Shown: positions 26,201-39,166, counted from the stretch's first letter. The stretch is 64,000 nucleotides of DNA from Octopus sinensis (GCF_006345805.1 NC_043018.1:27218001-27282000); one strand, 5' to 3'. The notes: generated by a model from the sequence alone, not told the origin. Made by a program: numbers and translations.

Positions 26201-26569
26201 GGCACTTCGTCGGTTACAACGACGAGGTTTCCAGTTGATCCGATTCAACAGAACAGTCTGCTTGTGAAATTAACGTGCAAGTGGCTGAGCACTCCTCAGA
26301 CACGTGTACCCTTAACGTAGTTCTCCGGGAGATTCAGCGTGACACAGAGTGTGACAAGGCCGGCCCTTTCAGATACAGGTACAACAGAAACAGGAAGAGA
26401 GAGTGAGAGAAAGTTGTGGTGGAAGAGCACAGCAGGGTTCGCCACACCCCTCGTGCAGGAGACTCGTGGAGCCTTAGGTGTTTTTCGCTCAATAAACACT
26501 CACAACGCCCGGTCTGGGAATCGAAACCACGATCCTACAACCTCGAGTCCGCTGGGCCATTGCGCCTCC
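26201..26569 (-). mobile_element. SINE D, tail type 1 ending in (CAA)n(CTA)n
   Basis: Reverse complement of the 15073 copy; part of the A-box region is deleted. Confidence 0.9.
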
Positions 26570-26574
26570 AGAGA

Positions 26575-26716
26575 AGTAGTAGTAGTAACATTACTAATAC
26601 TATTGATTTTATTTTTGTTGGTGATGATTGTGGTGATGGTGTTACTGGTAATGGTATTGGTGGTGGCAAAGGTGCTGATAGCCGCAGTAGTGGGTTTGGT
26701 AGTAGTAGTAGTAGTG

Positions 26717-26809
<93 letters not shown>

Positions 26810-27318
26810 AAAACGTTTGGCAACAAGTCAGTGCTGATCATGCAGAGAAATATAACGAAAGGCTTCCCAGCCGTGACTATCTCGTCATTTGTGTATTGAA
26901 GGGATGCATTCCAACGTTGTACATTCGAATAAGAAGCAACAGGGGTGGAAACGGGGTATTCATGTAGGGCGGAGTCGAGATGTCTGTTGTTGTTGTTGTT
27001 GTTGTTGTTGTTGTATATAGCCCCAGGTTAACATTGATCAACGCGTACACGTAGTCGAAGACATGCATCCCGGCTCGCCGTGACCAACACGCTGTCTTTT
27101 ATTTGGGAATACATTATCGAATATTTTTGTTTTAAACGCCGTATGGTATATGGTTTGAAGATTTGACTGTTGTTTCTAGCAGTTGTTATGTGGTGAAGGC
27201 CAAAACCAGAGTTATTTTGGTATCACAGAAATAACAGATGAGCGCATAGCAGTAAGAACAACAATAACCACCGGGGTAGATAGAAAGAAAATGAGAGAGA
27301 ACGAGAGAAAGAGAGAGA

Positions 27319-27366
<48 letters not shown>

Positions 27367-27532
27367 ACCAGAGGAAAACATAAGAGAGAGAGAGGTAATG
27401 CAGCGAAAGAGAGATATAAATAATGCAGTGAGTGGGAAAGAGAGAGAGAGAGAGAGAGAGAAAAGACGAGAGAAGGGGAGAGAAAGGGGAAAGACAAGAA
27501 AGGAACAAGAGAGAAAAAGATAATACAGATAG

Positions 27533-27587
<55 letters not shown>

Positions 27588-27714
27588 CAAAATACAAGAG
27601 AAAGAGGGAAAGGTAAAGAAGGTGGGGGGTGGGTGGGCAAAAATGAGAAACAGTAAGCGAGAGAAAAAGAGAGAGAGACATAATACAGAGATAGATAGAT
27701 AGATAGATAGAGAG

Positions 27715-27751
<37 letters not shown>

Positions 27752-27780
27752 CTGAGTTGGAGAAATAGAGAAAGAAGGAA
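26575..27780. repeat. (AGT/GGT)n, (GTT)n, (GA)n and (GATA)n arrays
   Basis: Directly visible. Confidence 0.9.
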
Positions 27781-28097
27781 AAGGACTTGAGAGATAGGGA
27801 GGCAAAGAGAAAGAAATAGAAAAAAGAATGAGACAATGAGGAAAAGAAGAAGAGGATGAGATGGAGAGAGAGGGATGGGGAGTAAGAGGAGGAGTGAAAG
27901 AAAAGCAGGAGGAGTGGAATGAGGAGAAAAAGAACGAGCTTCAAGTACTTTTTCTTTCCTTCTTTCTTTCTTTCTTTCTTTGTTTATATCCTTCAAGGTG
28001 AATGTTGATTCATTTGCGTACACTTTGATTATCACGGCACATATGTAAACACAAATGGTACTACGATCTGCTAGAAATAGTAGTGAAAATTTCCCTT

Positions 28098-28497
28098 TAG
28101 GCGCAGGAGTGGCTGTGTGGTAAGTAGCTTGCTAACCAACCACATGGTTCCGGGTTCAGTCCCACAGCGTGGCATCTTGGGCAAGTGTCTTCTGCTATAG
28201 CCCCGGGCCGACCAATGCCTTGTGAGTGGATTTGGTAGACGGAAACTGAAAGAAGCCTGTCGTATATATATATATGTATGTGTGTGTGTGTTTGTGTGTC
28301 CCCCTAGCATTGCTTGACAACCGATGCTGGTGTGTTTTTGTCCCCGTCAATTAGCGGTTCGGCAAAAGAAACCGATAGAGTAAGTACTGGGCTTACAAAG
28401 AATAAGTCCCGGGGTCGATTTGCTCGACTAAAGGCGGTGCTCCAGCATGGCCGCAGTCAAATGACTGAAACAAGTAAAAGAGTAAAAGAGTAAAGGG
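28098..28497 (+). mobile_element. SINE A, full length, short internal microsatellite
   Basis: Consensus copy. Confidence 0.93.
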
Positions 28498-28574
28498 AGT
28501 TTAAATCAAACTGCACCGTTTGAAAAATACAGGAGAAAAAGGAATGAATACACATGAATGTGGTAGTACAAGAC

Positions 28575-29152
28575 AAACTATTCCTTTCTACTCTAGGAAC
28601 AAGGCCCGTAATTTTTTGGTGGGGAGGGGGGGGGCAGTCGATTGCATCGACCCCAGTGCACAACTGGTACTTAATTTATCGACCCCGAAAGGCTGAAAGG
28701 CAAAGTCGACTTCGGCAGAATTTGAACTCAGAACGTAGCGGCAGACGAAATGCCTATTTCTTTACTACCCACAAGGGGCTAAATACAAAGGATACAGACA
28801 AGAATAGACAAAAGGATTAAATCGATTACATCGACCCCAGTGCGTAACTGGTACTTATTTAATTGACCCCGAGAGGATGAAAGGCAAAGTCGACCTCGGC
28901 GGAATTTGAACTCAGAACGTAACGGCAGACGAAATAATTATTTCTTTACTACCCACAAGGGCTAAACAGAGAGGACAAACGGATTAAGTCGATTATATCG
29001 ACCCCAGTGTGTAACTGGTACTTATTTAATCGACCCCGAAAGGATGAAAGGCAAAGTCGACCTCGGCGGAATTTGAAATCCGAACGTAGCGGCAGACGAA
29101 ATACCGCTAAGCATTTCGCCCGGCGTGTTAACGTTTCTGCCAGCTCGCCGCC
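28575..29152 (-). mobile_element. SINE B trimer
   Basis: One A-box head plus three B-box/body units; unit starts at 29097, 28930 and 28746. Confidence 0.88.
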
Positions 29153-29829
29153 TTCTGAAGACAAAGTTCTTTCTTTCACTCCCTCACACGTCCACGCGTC
29201 CACGCACGCACACACACACGCAAACTGGCACACCCATTCTCTCTGTCCCTGTCGTTGTTTCAATATCCCTTTCTATTCTAAAGCATAAGGCCTGAAATTT
29301 CGGTTGAGGGGACCAGTCGATCAGTTCGTCCCCAGTACGCAACTGGTACATAATCTATCGACCCCGAAAGTGTGCTAACGTTTCTACCAGCTCGCTGCTT
29401 TCTGGTTGTTTCACTATTGTCCACCAAACGAGCTCTTACGTAAAACCCGCCAAATTTAAAAACTGTCAGTACTCAACCGGACATAGAAAAAGGAAACAAA
29501 AAGTAAGAAAAAACAAAAGAAAGAATAACAATAAAACGGCCGCGGGGCGATAATGATGGAAGATGAAAGAGTCAGCGCTTAACCGGATCTGTTCCTACAT
29601 CCCATAACAGTTACAATAATCGAACATCGAACGTGGGTGTTGCAGTCAAGTTTTTGTCAATCGGCGTCGATTTTGGGTCGGGCCCAACTGACATTTCCAA
29701 TCCTGCTGAATTTATCATGAACTGGCGATGCCCTTAACTAACGCTGCCAAGCCAGACAATGAGACAATGAAAACTCACGTCTGTAGCGAAGACGACAACA
29801 ACAGCAAGAACAGGAACGAGAATAGAATG

Positions 29830-30150
29830 GTGTGGTGGTGTGGTAAGAAGCTTGTTTCCCAACCACATAGTTCCTGTTTCAGTCCCAACTGTACGGTGTC
29901 TTGGGCAAGTGTCTATAGTAGAATGGTCGACCAGAGCCTTGTGAATGGATTTGGTAGACAAAAACTGAAAGAAGCCCGTTGTATGTATATATGTATGTGT
30001 GTATGTATATGTGTGTGTCTTTGTGCCTGTGTATGTCCCCCACCTCCACCGCTTGCCAACAGTTGTTAGTGTGCTTACGTCCCTGTAACCTAGCGGTTCG
30101 GCAAAAGAAACCGATAGAATAAATAATAGGCTTTTAACAATAAGTACTGG
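29830..30150 (+). mobile_element. SINE A, diverged partial
   Basis: ggtaagaagcttgtttcccaaccacat ... gaaaccgatagaat. Confidence 0.7.
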
Positions 30151-30189
30151 GTGTGTATGTATATATGTATGTGTGTATGTGTATGCACG

Positions 30190-30660
30190 TTTTTTTTTTT
30201 GCTCAAAAAGCAAAAAGCAAGGCCATGTAGGGGGACATGGAGTTATGTACAGGGTGGTGTTCATGTAAAGAGTTCAGGCCACTTGTGGTCAAAGGAGACT
30301 TTGAACCGAGCGGTCGTCGGCATCCTCACCATCTCGTCCGGCAGCTTATTCCACGGATCCGCAACCCGGACGGAGAAAGCCCCTCTCCTTCGATTGAGAT
30401 GAAATCGTCGCAGATAGAGCTTTTCGGAATGACCCCGCAGCCGACGCTCTGGAGCAGGAGTGGAGAACAGCTCTTTCGAGAGGTTACACTTTCCGCTTAT
30501 GATGTTGTGAACAAGAATGAGATCACCACGGCGCCGTCGTTTTTCTAGAGAATAAAGGTCGAGCGTCTTCAGCCTTTCTTCATAAGACAAATTCTTGAGA
30601 CCAAGAACCATGCGGGTAGCCAGCTTCTGGACTCTTTCGAGATGCTGTATGTCTTTGGTA
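30190..30660 (-). mobile_element. CR1/L2-group LINE 3' end with poly(A)
   Basis: LERVQKLATRMV..LSYEERLKTLDLYSLEKRRRRGDLI..LRGHSEKL..FSVRVADPWNKLP; uninterrupted to the stop at 30261, then an A11 tail. Confidence 0.92.
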
Positions 30661-30999
30661 CATGTATGTATATATGTACATATGTACATGTATGTATGAG
30701 CATGTATGCACGTATGTATGTATGTGTTTGTATATATGTTTGCATATATGCTTGTATATATGCATGCATGTATGTATGTATAGAGTGTTTGAAAGGGTGT
30801 ACAGATATTGTATATTAAGAAGGACGCAGTCAGAATTTTGGATAACTCGTAGAAAATGTCTTCCGCCTTATGTATAAATCGAAAGGAGGAATGGAGGGAG
30901 GAGAGGGAAAGAGAGAGATAAGATAGAGTGACAAGAAATCATTGTTCTTGGGATGGTCTTTGACTAACACGTACATACATCCATCCATACATACATTCA

Positions 31000-31049
<50 letters not shown>

Positions 31050-31213
31050 TCATGTACGTATACATATTTCTTCTGACTCTACGTCCTGTGTTCAAATTCT
31101 ACAGAGGTCAGCTTATTGTTTCTTTCTAAAGTACAAGTGAAGTTCTGGAGTTAACTGTATCAACTAGCATCTTGCCGCTCAAAATTCATGGCCTTGTGCC
31201 TCTATAAGAAACA

Positions 31214-31264
<51 letters not shown>

Positions 31265-31277
31265 TATTATTATTATT

Positions 31278-31320
<43 letters not shown>

Positions 31321-31322
<2 letters not shown>

Positions 31323-32128
31323 TTTATTCATATACACAACGGATCAGACTGTTGGAAAAGAAAAAAATCCTAACATCGGGCTACAACAAATAACTTTAGA
31401 TGCCATGAACCCTCCTAAGTATCCTAGCTGTTCCTAATAACACTGTTTTCTGGAGCTGTACGAAATTGGATTTTACTCCTATTTCCTCTATCCTTTTGTT
31501 CAAATCTTTAGGGATAGCTCCTAATGCATCTATAAATAATTTCTATAGTTTTTGTAATTCAATAGCTAGGTCCTGGTAATTTGCTATTTTGGCGTTTACC
31601 CAATTAGTCCTTAATGCTTGATCTTGTGCTGCTACTAACAACCTTATCTCCTTTTTTAGCCTTCCTTTCTGCAACCATAACCATGTCTCACTAAAGCTGT
31701 TTGCTGCGTCTATCTTTAGGAATCTTCTATGCAAAGCCCTCTCTTGCCAGTGAGATAACTTTTGTTCTTTTTTCTGGTTTTTAACTTCATTTGTTTTGTT
31801 TTTTTAGTTTCTTTATATCATGCTGTGACTCTAGCAGCTTTTAATAAACTTTCTTCACTATTACCTACACAGGAGTCTATATCTACTCAAGCCAACTCCA
31901 CGTAGTCTTCTACTGATATGAACCCTCTTCCACCTTCCTCTGTCGATAAGTATAATCTTACTCCTCCTGCTCTTGGGCGGAGTCCTCCATTCATATTGAA
32001 TTCCTTCCTAGTTCTTCTGTTGAGCTTTGCTAATCCAGTTTTTGTCCAATCTAAAAAAGTTGCTGAGTATTTAAGTAATGAAACTACCCAAGTATTTATA
32101 GCCTTCACTATATTATGACCATAATTAC

Positions 32129-32130
<2 letters not shown>
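31321..32130 (-). mobile_element. Dong/R4-clade LINE 3' fragment, internally deleted, in (TAA)n
   Basis: KAINTWVVSLLKYSA, RLYLSTEEGGRGFISVED, LLVAAQDQALRTN, YQDLAIELQKL, LQKTVLLGTARILRRV; both ends in AAT repeats. Confidence 0.88.
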
Positions 32131-32197
<67 letters not shown>

Positions 32198-32669
32198 GGC
32201 GGCGAGCTGGCAGAAACGTTAGCACGCCGAGCGAATTGCTCAGCGGTATTTCGTCTGCCGTTACCTTCTGAGTTCAAATTCCGCCGAGGTCGACTTTGCC
32301 TTTCATCCTTTCGGGGTTGATAAATTAAGTACCAGTTACGCACTGGAGTCGATATAATCGACTTATTCCTTTTGTTTGTCCTTCTTTGTTCCCTCTGTGT
32401 TTAGCCCCTTTTGGGTAGTAAAGAAATACGTATTTAGTCTGCTGCTACGTTCTGAGTTCAAATTCAGCCGAGGTCGACTTTACCTTTCATCCTCTCGGTG
32501 TCGATAAATTATGCACCAGTGGGGACAAAGTAATCGACACAACCCCTTCCACAAAATGGCTGCTCTTGTGGCAAAATTTGAAAACAAATTTTATTATCAT
32601 TATTATTAAAGAAATCATCATTATTATTATTATTATTATTATTACTACTACTACTACTACTACTACTAC

Positions 32670-32706
<37 letters not shown>

Positions 32707-33100
32707 CGTTAAGCGACGAGCTGACAGAATCATTAGCATGCTAACCTAAGTGCTTAGTGGCATTTCGTCCATCTTTGCGTTCTGAGTTCAAATTCCGCCG
32801 AGGTCGATTTTGCTTTTCATACTTCCTTGTTCGATGAAACAATTGCCAGCCGAGTACTTGGGTCGATGTAATCAATTTTCCCCTCCCACTAGAAAAACTG
32901 CTGGCTCTGTGCCAAAATCGGACAAAAACTAATTAACGGCATTTCTTTCGTGTTTATATTCTGAGTTCAAATTCGGCCGAGGTCCCCTTTGCTTGTCATC
33001 CTTTCGGGGTTGGGTCGATGTAAATGACTTAGATCCACCACTACACCAACACCTGCAAAATTACCGGCCATGTGCTGAGATTAGAACGGCTCATTAGTGC
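32198..33100 (+). mobile_element. SINE B dimer followed by further diverged units
   Basis: Unit starts at 32246 and 32430; a second head at about 32710. Confidence 0.85.
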
Positions 33101-33149
33101 TATTGTTAATTAGTCCAACTATAAGTTCGTGGTTGTGAAATGGCAGGGT

Positions 33150-33346
33150 CGAAATACCGCTAAGCAATTCGCTCGGCGTGCTAACGTTTCTGCCAGCTCG
33201 GCGCCTTAATAATAATAATAATAATAATAATGGTAATTATGGTCATAATATAGTGAAGGCTATAAACACTTGGGTAGTTTCATTACTTAAATACTCAGCA
33301 GCTTTTTTAGATTGGACAAAAACTGGATTAGTAAAGCTCAACAGAA
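33150..33346 (+). repeat. Inverted duplicate of 32015-32253 (SINE B head + (TAA)n + Dong junction)
   Basis: Same truncation junction and the same private variant gcaattcgctcggcg in both copies. Confidence 0.85.
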
Positions 33347-33357
33347 TTAACAAAATT

Positions 33358-33655
33358 AACTCTTTTACTCTTTTACTTGTTTCAGTCATTTGACTGTGGC
33401 GATACTGGAGCACTGCCTTTTAGTCGAGCAAATCGACCCCAGGACTTATTCTTTGTAAGTCTAGTACTTATTCTTTTGCCGAACCGCTAAGTTACGGGGA
33501 CGTAAACACACCAGCATCGGTTGTCAAGCGATGCTGGTGGGGGGGACAAACACAGACACACAAACATATAGACACACACATACATAGATACATACATATA
33601 TACGACGGGCTTCTTTCAGTTTCCGCCTACCAAATCCACTCACAAGGCTTTGGCT
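33358..33655 (-). mobile_element. SINE A, 5'-truncated
   Basis: Reverse complement of family A. Confidence 0.88.
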
Positions 33656-33772
33656 GTCAAACCCTATGAGTATTTAGCGCATAGGGACTGGTTCAAATCA
33701 CACGATACATTAAATAGTACGTTGTTGGTATATTCCAGGGTATCCGACGTGTCGTAAAACCCTATGGTGTAT

Positions 33773-35213
33773 TATAATCAAACAAATAATAATAGACGAT
33801 GGATAATTGTCAGCTCATAACAGCTGTTTCTTACGCATCTTAATAGAAGAATGAGAATATTACTCCATTACAAAAAAAAACCTTTATTAACAGATGAAAC
33901 GTAATTTTACAACGAAAGAATATCCCAAGAATAGAGCAGGGATGTGGCTGAAGTCTGTCGAGGCCAACTATGAAATGGGAGAATGACCAACAATGTTGGC
34001 CGTTGAGATTAAGAATATAGTTCTTGAAAGTGTGTAATATGATATCTAAGGTCAGCGACCCTCGTGAGATAGGAGTCTGCTAGACTGGTTCTTAGGTAGA
34101 CTGGGGTGGGGTGTAGGTGATATTTTATTATAGTAGGCTTAAAGCAGTGGGTAGCAAAGAGAGGTCCTAATATAAATTAAGGATAAAGAAAGAAAGAATA
34201 AAGAAAGCAAAAGTGAAGAAAAATAAAAGCAAACAAACCAATTAGGCATAGGGTCGGGGTTTCGGATTCGCTAGCTAAGGCTGAAGGAGAAAGAGAGGAG
34301 GGCAGAGATACACAGAATTTAGGGGTATTCGGTGAATATTGGTTGAAAGTTGCAGGAGGGTACGAAGGCAATCGAATAATAAGGTTTAACTTTTATGGAA
34401 GTGTAATGTTAGTAATAGTAGAGTATTACTTATCATTAAAGAGTGTAAAGAAGGAGGGGTTACACAATAAACTACACCTAGTACGGAGTAAGAGGAAATA
34501 CCAGATCGGATATCAAAGAAAGCCAGCAGTAGGGAGTAGTCTAATGATTAACAATCTGGAATGTTATACAGGTGGCGTTAATATTATTTAATTAGATAGT
34601 ATAATCACCACTGCGTGAATCAGGTAATGCAACTCCGGACAATAGTCGCAGGTAAGAGATTTAAATAGTGTCTTCTATTATTTAACAAGCGCAGCACAAA
34701 TAACTGTCTTTGTATAAGGATTATTTACTTAGTGGAATTGGAAAAGAACTGGGTAGGGTGTGCAGGCTGTGACTTCTAGGTTAGATACCTTTGCTATCGC
34801 TATTGCATAATACTGGGTACACCACAGATAGAATGGTTGGTTCCTTCAATATAGAAAACCATAGAAGTATAGTAAGAGTTGTTAGGTAAAGTAATGGTAA
34901 AGAAGAACGAGACTATATTGTTAATCTCAACAGTCAACTTTGTTGGTCAGTCTCCTATTTCATCTTTGGCCTCGACAGACTTCAGCCATGGTCCTACTGT
35001 ATTCTTGGGATATTCTTTTGATTGTTAATTTACAAAAACAAAAACAAAAAAAGAAAAACCGTAATCATCAGGTAAAATTATGCTCCGCCTGATGATTACG
35101 GTTTATTTTTTGGTAATGAAGTAATGTTCTCATTCCTCTACTAAAAAGATGCGTGAGAAACAGCTGTTATGAGCTGACAATTATCTATCGTCCGGTGTTA
35201 TTCATTTGATTAT
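33773..35213. mobile_element. Unclassified element with ~250-bp terminal inverted repeats
   Basis: 33773-34021 aligns to the reverse complement of 34912-35213 (e.g. gataattgtcagctcataacagctgtttct; gaatatcccaagaata; tggctgaagtctgtcgaggcca). Confidence 0.7.
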
Positions 35214-35289
35214 GTGTGTGTGTGTGTATACTTATACAAGCATATGCTTACATATATGTACGCACGGACACACACACACATATTATTTT

Positions 35290-35658
35290 TTTATTCTTTT
35301 ACGCGTTTGTCATTTGACGCCGGCCACGCTGGAGCACCGCTTTTAGTCGAACAAATCGACCTCCGGGACTTATTCTTTGTAACCCTAGTACTTATTCTAT
35401 CGGTCTCTTGAGCCAAATCGTTAAGTTACGGGGACGTAAACACACCAACATCAGTTGTCAAGCGATGGTGGGAGGACAAACACAGACACACAAATACACA
35501 CACATATACGACGGGCGTCTTTCAGTTTCCGTCTACCAAATTCACTCACAATGCTATAGTAGAAGACACTTGCCCAAGGTGCCACGCAGTGGGACTGAAC
35601 CTGGAACCATGTTGATTGGGAAGCAAGCTTCTTACCACATAGCCACTCCTGCGCCTAT
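35290..35658 (-). mobile_element. SINE A, full length
   Basis: Reverse complement of family A with a small internal deletion. Confidence 0.88.
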
Positions 35659-35790
35659 ATAATATATATATATATATGGATATATATATATACACATACA
35701 TGCGAGTGTATATGTGCGTATACATTCGTATGCATGTGTGTGTCTGTGTGTGCGCGCGTGTGTGTGTGGTGTGTGCGTATGTGTGTGTGC

Positions 35791-35841
<51 letters not shown>

Positions 35842-35980
35842 TTATTTTATTCGTGGCAAATAGAGAATGACAGATAGAGGGGACAGCTGAAATGGATTGA
35901 CGTACGTAGGTACATACCTGGATTCCAGCCCCCCCTATCCATACACAAAGATATTCATACAAAGCAACACACACACACAT

Positions 35981-36056
<76 letters not shown>

Positions 36057-36951
36057 TTATACATACACACATGTGTGTGGACACATTTCCTATACGGCTA
36101 CATATATATCGATACCTATATTTGTGTGAGTGTGTGTGTATTTATGTATGTGTGTATGTATATATGTGTGTGGTGTGTGTTTGTATGTATGTGTGCGTGT
36201 GCGTGTATACCTCATTCGATTCATTCTTCTTCCGTACACGTGTACACACATTCAAGCATGCATTTGTTTTATATACCCTCTGCTACACATGTCCAGATGA
36301 AGCATACATTGTGTACAACATTGTCGAAAAAGTATTTTGTAAACAAGATTTATAAATAAATATATGAGTATACATTGTCGTCTACCTTGAAACTAGTGTT
36401 TTCTTTAGCTAAGTTCCCCCAACTAAGCTTTGCGGTTGTGCGCGCGCACGCAGTATACGACTAGCGCACAAACGGAAAATGTGCGCACATAAGGTTCGGT
36501 CGATGAAATTGATTTTTTCTTTTTTTGAATTGAAGGTGGTTACTCGCATGGAATTGCACTTGCAAATAAAGACATATTTTGTACCCTGGTAAATTTCTGC
36601 GTACACCTGTAGCAAAAATTTACAGGGTACCCTGTTTATAATCCATGCACAGGTGTATACATTCTTATACGCACAAGTATACACCCATGCTTATAAACAA
36701 AGGTTTCCGTACACGTGTATATATTCTTTCACAGATATGTATAAAGATTTCCACCCGTTTATACACTCGTGCACTTTAGTATCTGTGACGTATATACACG
36801 TGTATACATCCAAGGATATTGCTATATACATGTGTAACGATTTATATACACTACTTAAGCAATGTCAATTGTGCATGGGGCTAGAAGACCCGATTCGGCA
36901 GTGTACGTATTTATATATATTCTTGAGCAACGCGAATTTTGTTCACTACGT

Positions 36952-36985
<34 letters not shown>

Positions 36986-37149
36986 ACACACATACACACA
37001 CACACACGTTTCGAGCATGTGTAAACTTACGTTTGTACGCACGCGCGCACACATACCAAAACACTCCACCCGAACACGTGTGTGTGTGTGTGTGTGTGTG
37101 TGTATGCACACATACACACACCTCGATTATACACCCTGGCATATATGTA

Positions 37150-37183
<34 letters not shown>

Positions 37184-38093
37184 GCATACGTATACGAGTG
37201 TTACTTCTGATTGTATGCAGAAACGCATACCCTGCGCCCTACCTCTCCACCCTATAACCGCGCACGCATACAAATGCAAATATCAACGTGGTAGCTTCAC
37301 GGGCTAGAAATAGCAGCTAAATACCTCCCCCAATTCCTCCCTACTCTAAATGGCATTCTACTGTCTAAACAATGGAAGGAGATATTAGAAAATAGCACCA
37401 GATGCACTTAGATAAGTAAAAAAAAAAAAAAAAAAACAGGCGTGAGAGTCATGGAAAGGATGTCTGATAATAAAATAGTACCTTATGCATGCATATGTTT
37501 ATGTATATGTATGTATATATCCATCAAGACTCACATACTGTCAAAAGAAAATTATATATACAAACGTTCTGAGTCTCATATATACACGCTTGCACAAAGT
37601 TATGTATATATAGTGTATATTAGCATGTATGTATATTCCTATGATCGAAGTGTATACATCGTTGCAACATGTAATTTATGCTGGCGTGTATACACCCTTG
37701 CACAAAGGTGTGTGATATTTGCTCCTACGTGCGTATGCACCCTTATATAAATGTATATTGAGCATGGTGTTATGCGTGTATATACCCGCAAATAAACATA
37801 TGAAGTATATACTTGCGTATAAAAAGCAATGCACAAAAATATGTAGCTTAATATTCACGTGTATGTATGTATATGTGAAGATATATTATATATATATGTG
37901 TGTGTGTGTGTGTGTATAAACACGTTTGCACAAACTAATATTGTTCATGTTTACGTGTACACCATAGCTCAAAGAATACTGTTCACATGTGTATATACAC
38001 CTCTACACATAGGAATGTGTATGTATATATACATGCAAAATTATGTGTAGACATTAGTGCTTAAGGTCATATATCTACACCCATGCATAAAGG

Positions 38094-38152
<59 letters not shown>

Positions 38153-38985
38153 TGTCTATGAACAAGCAAGAGAACAATGGCAAACCTATAGTGTACAACA
38201 CGTATATACCCCTGCATAAAGTTATATAGTCTATACCCGTACATGTGTGTGTGTGTGTGTGTGCTGTTCACCGACAGAAATAGTTGTGAACGAATGCATA
38301 CGTACCGTGACCTTGTATAAAGGTATTTGTAGTGTATATATAAACCGATCACCGTTACGAGGCCGCTAAATATATACGCATGCATACATATATAAATATA
38401 TATACATCCCCCCACACACATATATATATATATATATAGATAGATAGATAGATAGATATATGCATACATATGTGTGTGTTTGCGCATATATATATATATA
38501 TATATATGTATGCGTATGCATATATATATATGCATACGCATATATATATGTATATATGTGTGTGTGCATACATATATATTTGCATATATGCATGTGTTTG
38601 CGTATGCACGCGCCATATACAAATATAAGCCAGGCTGTGTACTTTAATAACGTATGTCGTGTAGACCAATGCAGAGAGCGCACCGCACAGTCTTACGTGT
38701 ACATCGTAAAAACTAACACAGAACACCTAACGTACACATACTCATACACATCCACACACACACACGCACGTACCAATCGACACAAGACACAACTACCCAG
38801 CCAGCTATCTACTCAGTCGTCATCTTTCTATCCAGCCAAGTTAGCTGGTAGCTAAGTAGCTAGGTAGCTAGTTAGCTAGCTGGCAAGCTAGCCAAGCCAT
38901 GCCATCCGGGTAGGTATGTACGTAGGTAAGAATATAAAAAAAAAAGTAGGTGTGTGTATGTATGATTTTATTTTTGTGTGTGTGC

Positions 38986-39036
<51 letters not shown>

Positions 39037-39132
39037 CATACACACACACATATATACATACGTATGTATAAAGACACCCGGTTGGTTAACAAGGTAAGGT
39101 AAGAATGATGTATGTATGAGAGGGAAACAGGG

Positions 39133-39166
<34 letters not shown>

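Noticed and set aside
28575-29152. CRISPR-like regular repeats (SINE B units, 15-bp array at 51550)
   Set aside because: Eukaryotic context, no unique spacers and no cas genes.
29560-29790. Unique island with short open frames on both strands
   Set aside because: No identifiable homology or consistent splice pair; left unassigned.
35088-35104. CTGATGA inside the hairpin; CTGACGA at about 48593
   Set aside because: No stem II plus GAAA follows, so these are not hammerheads.
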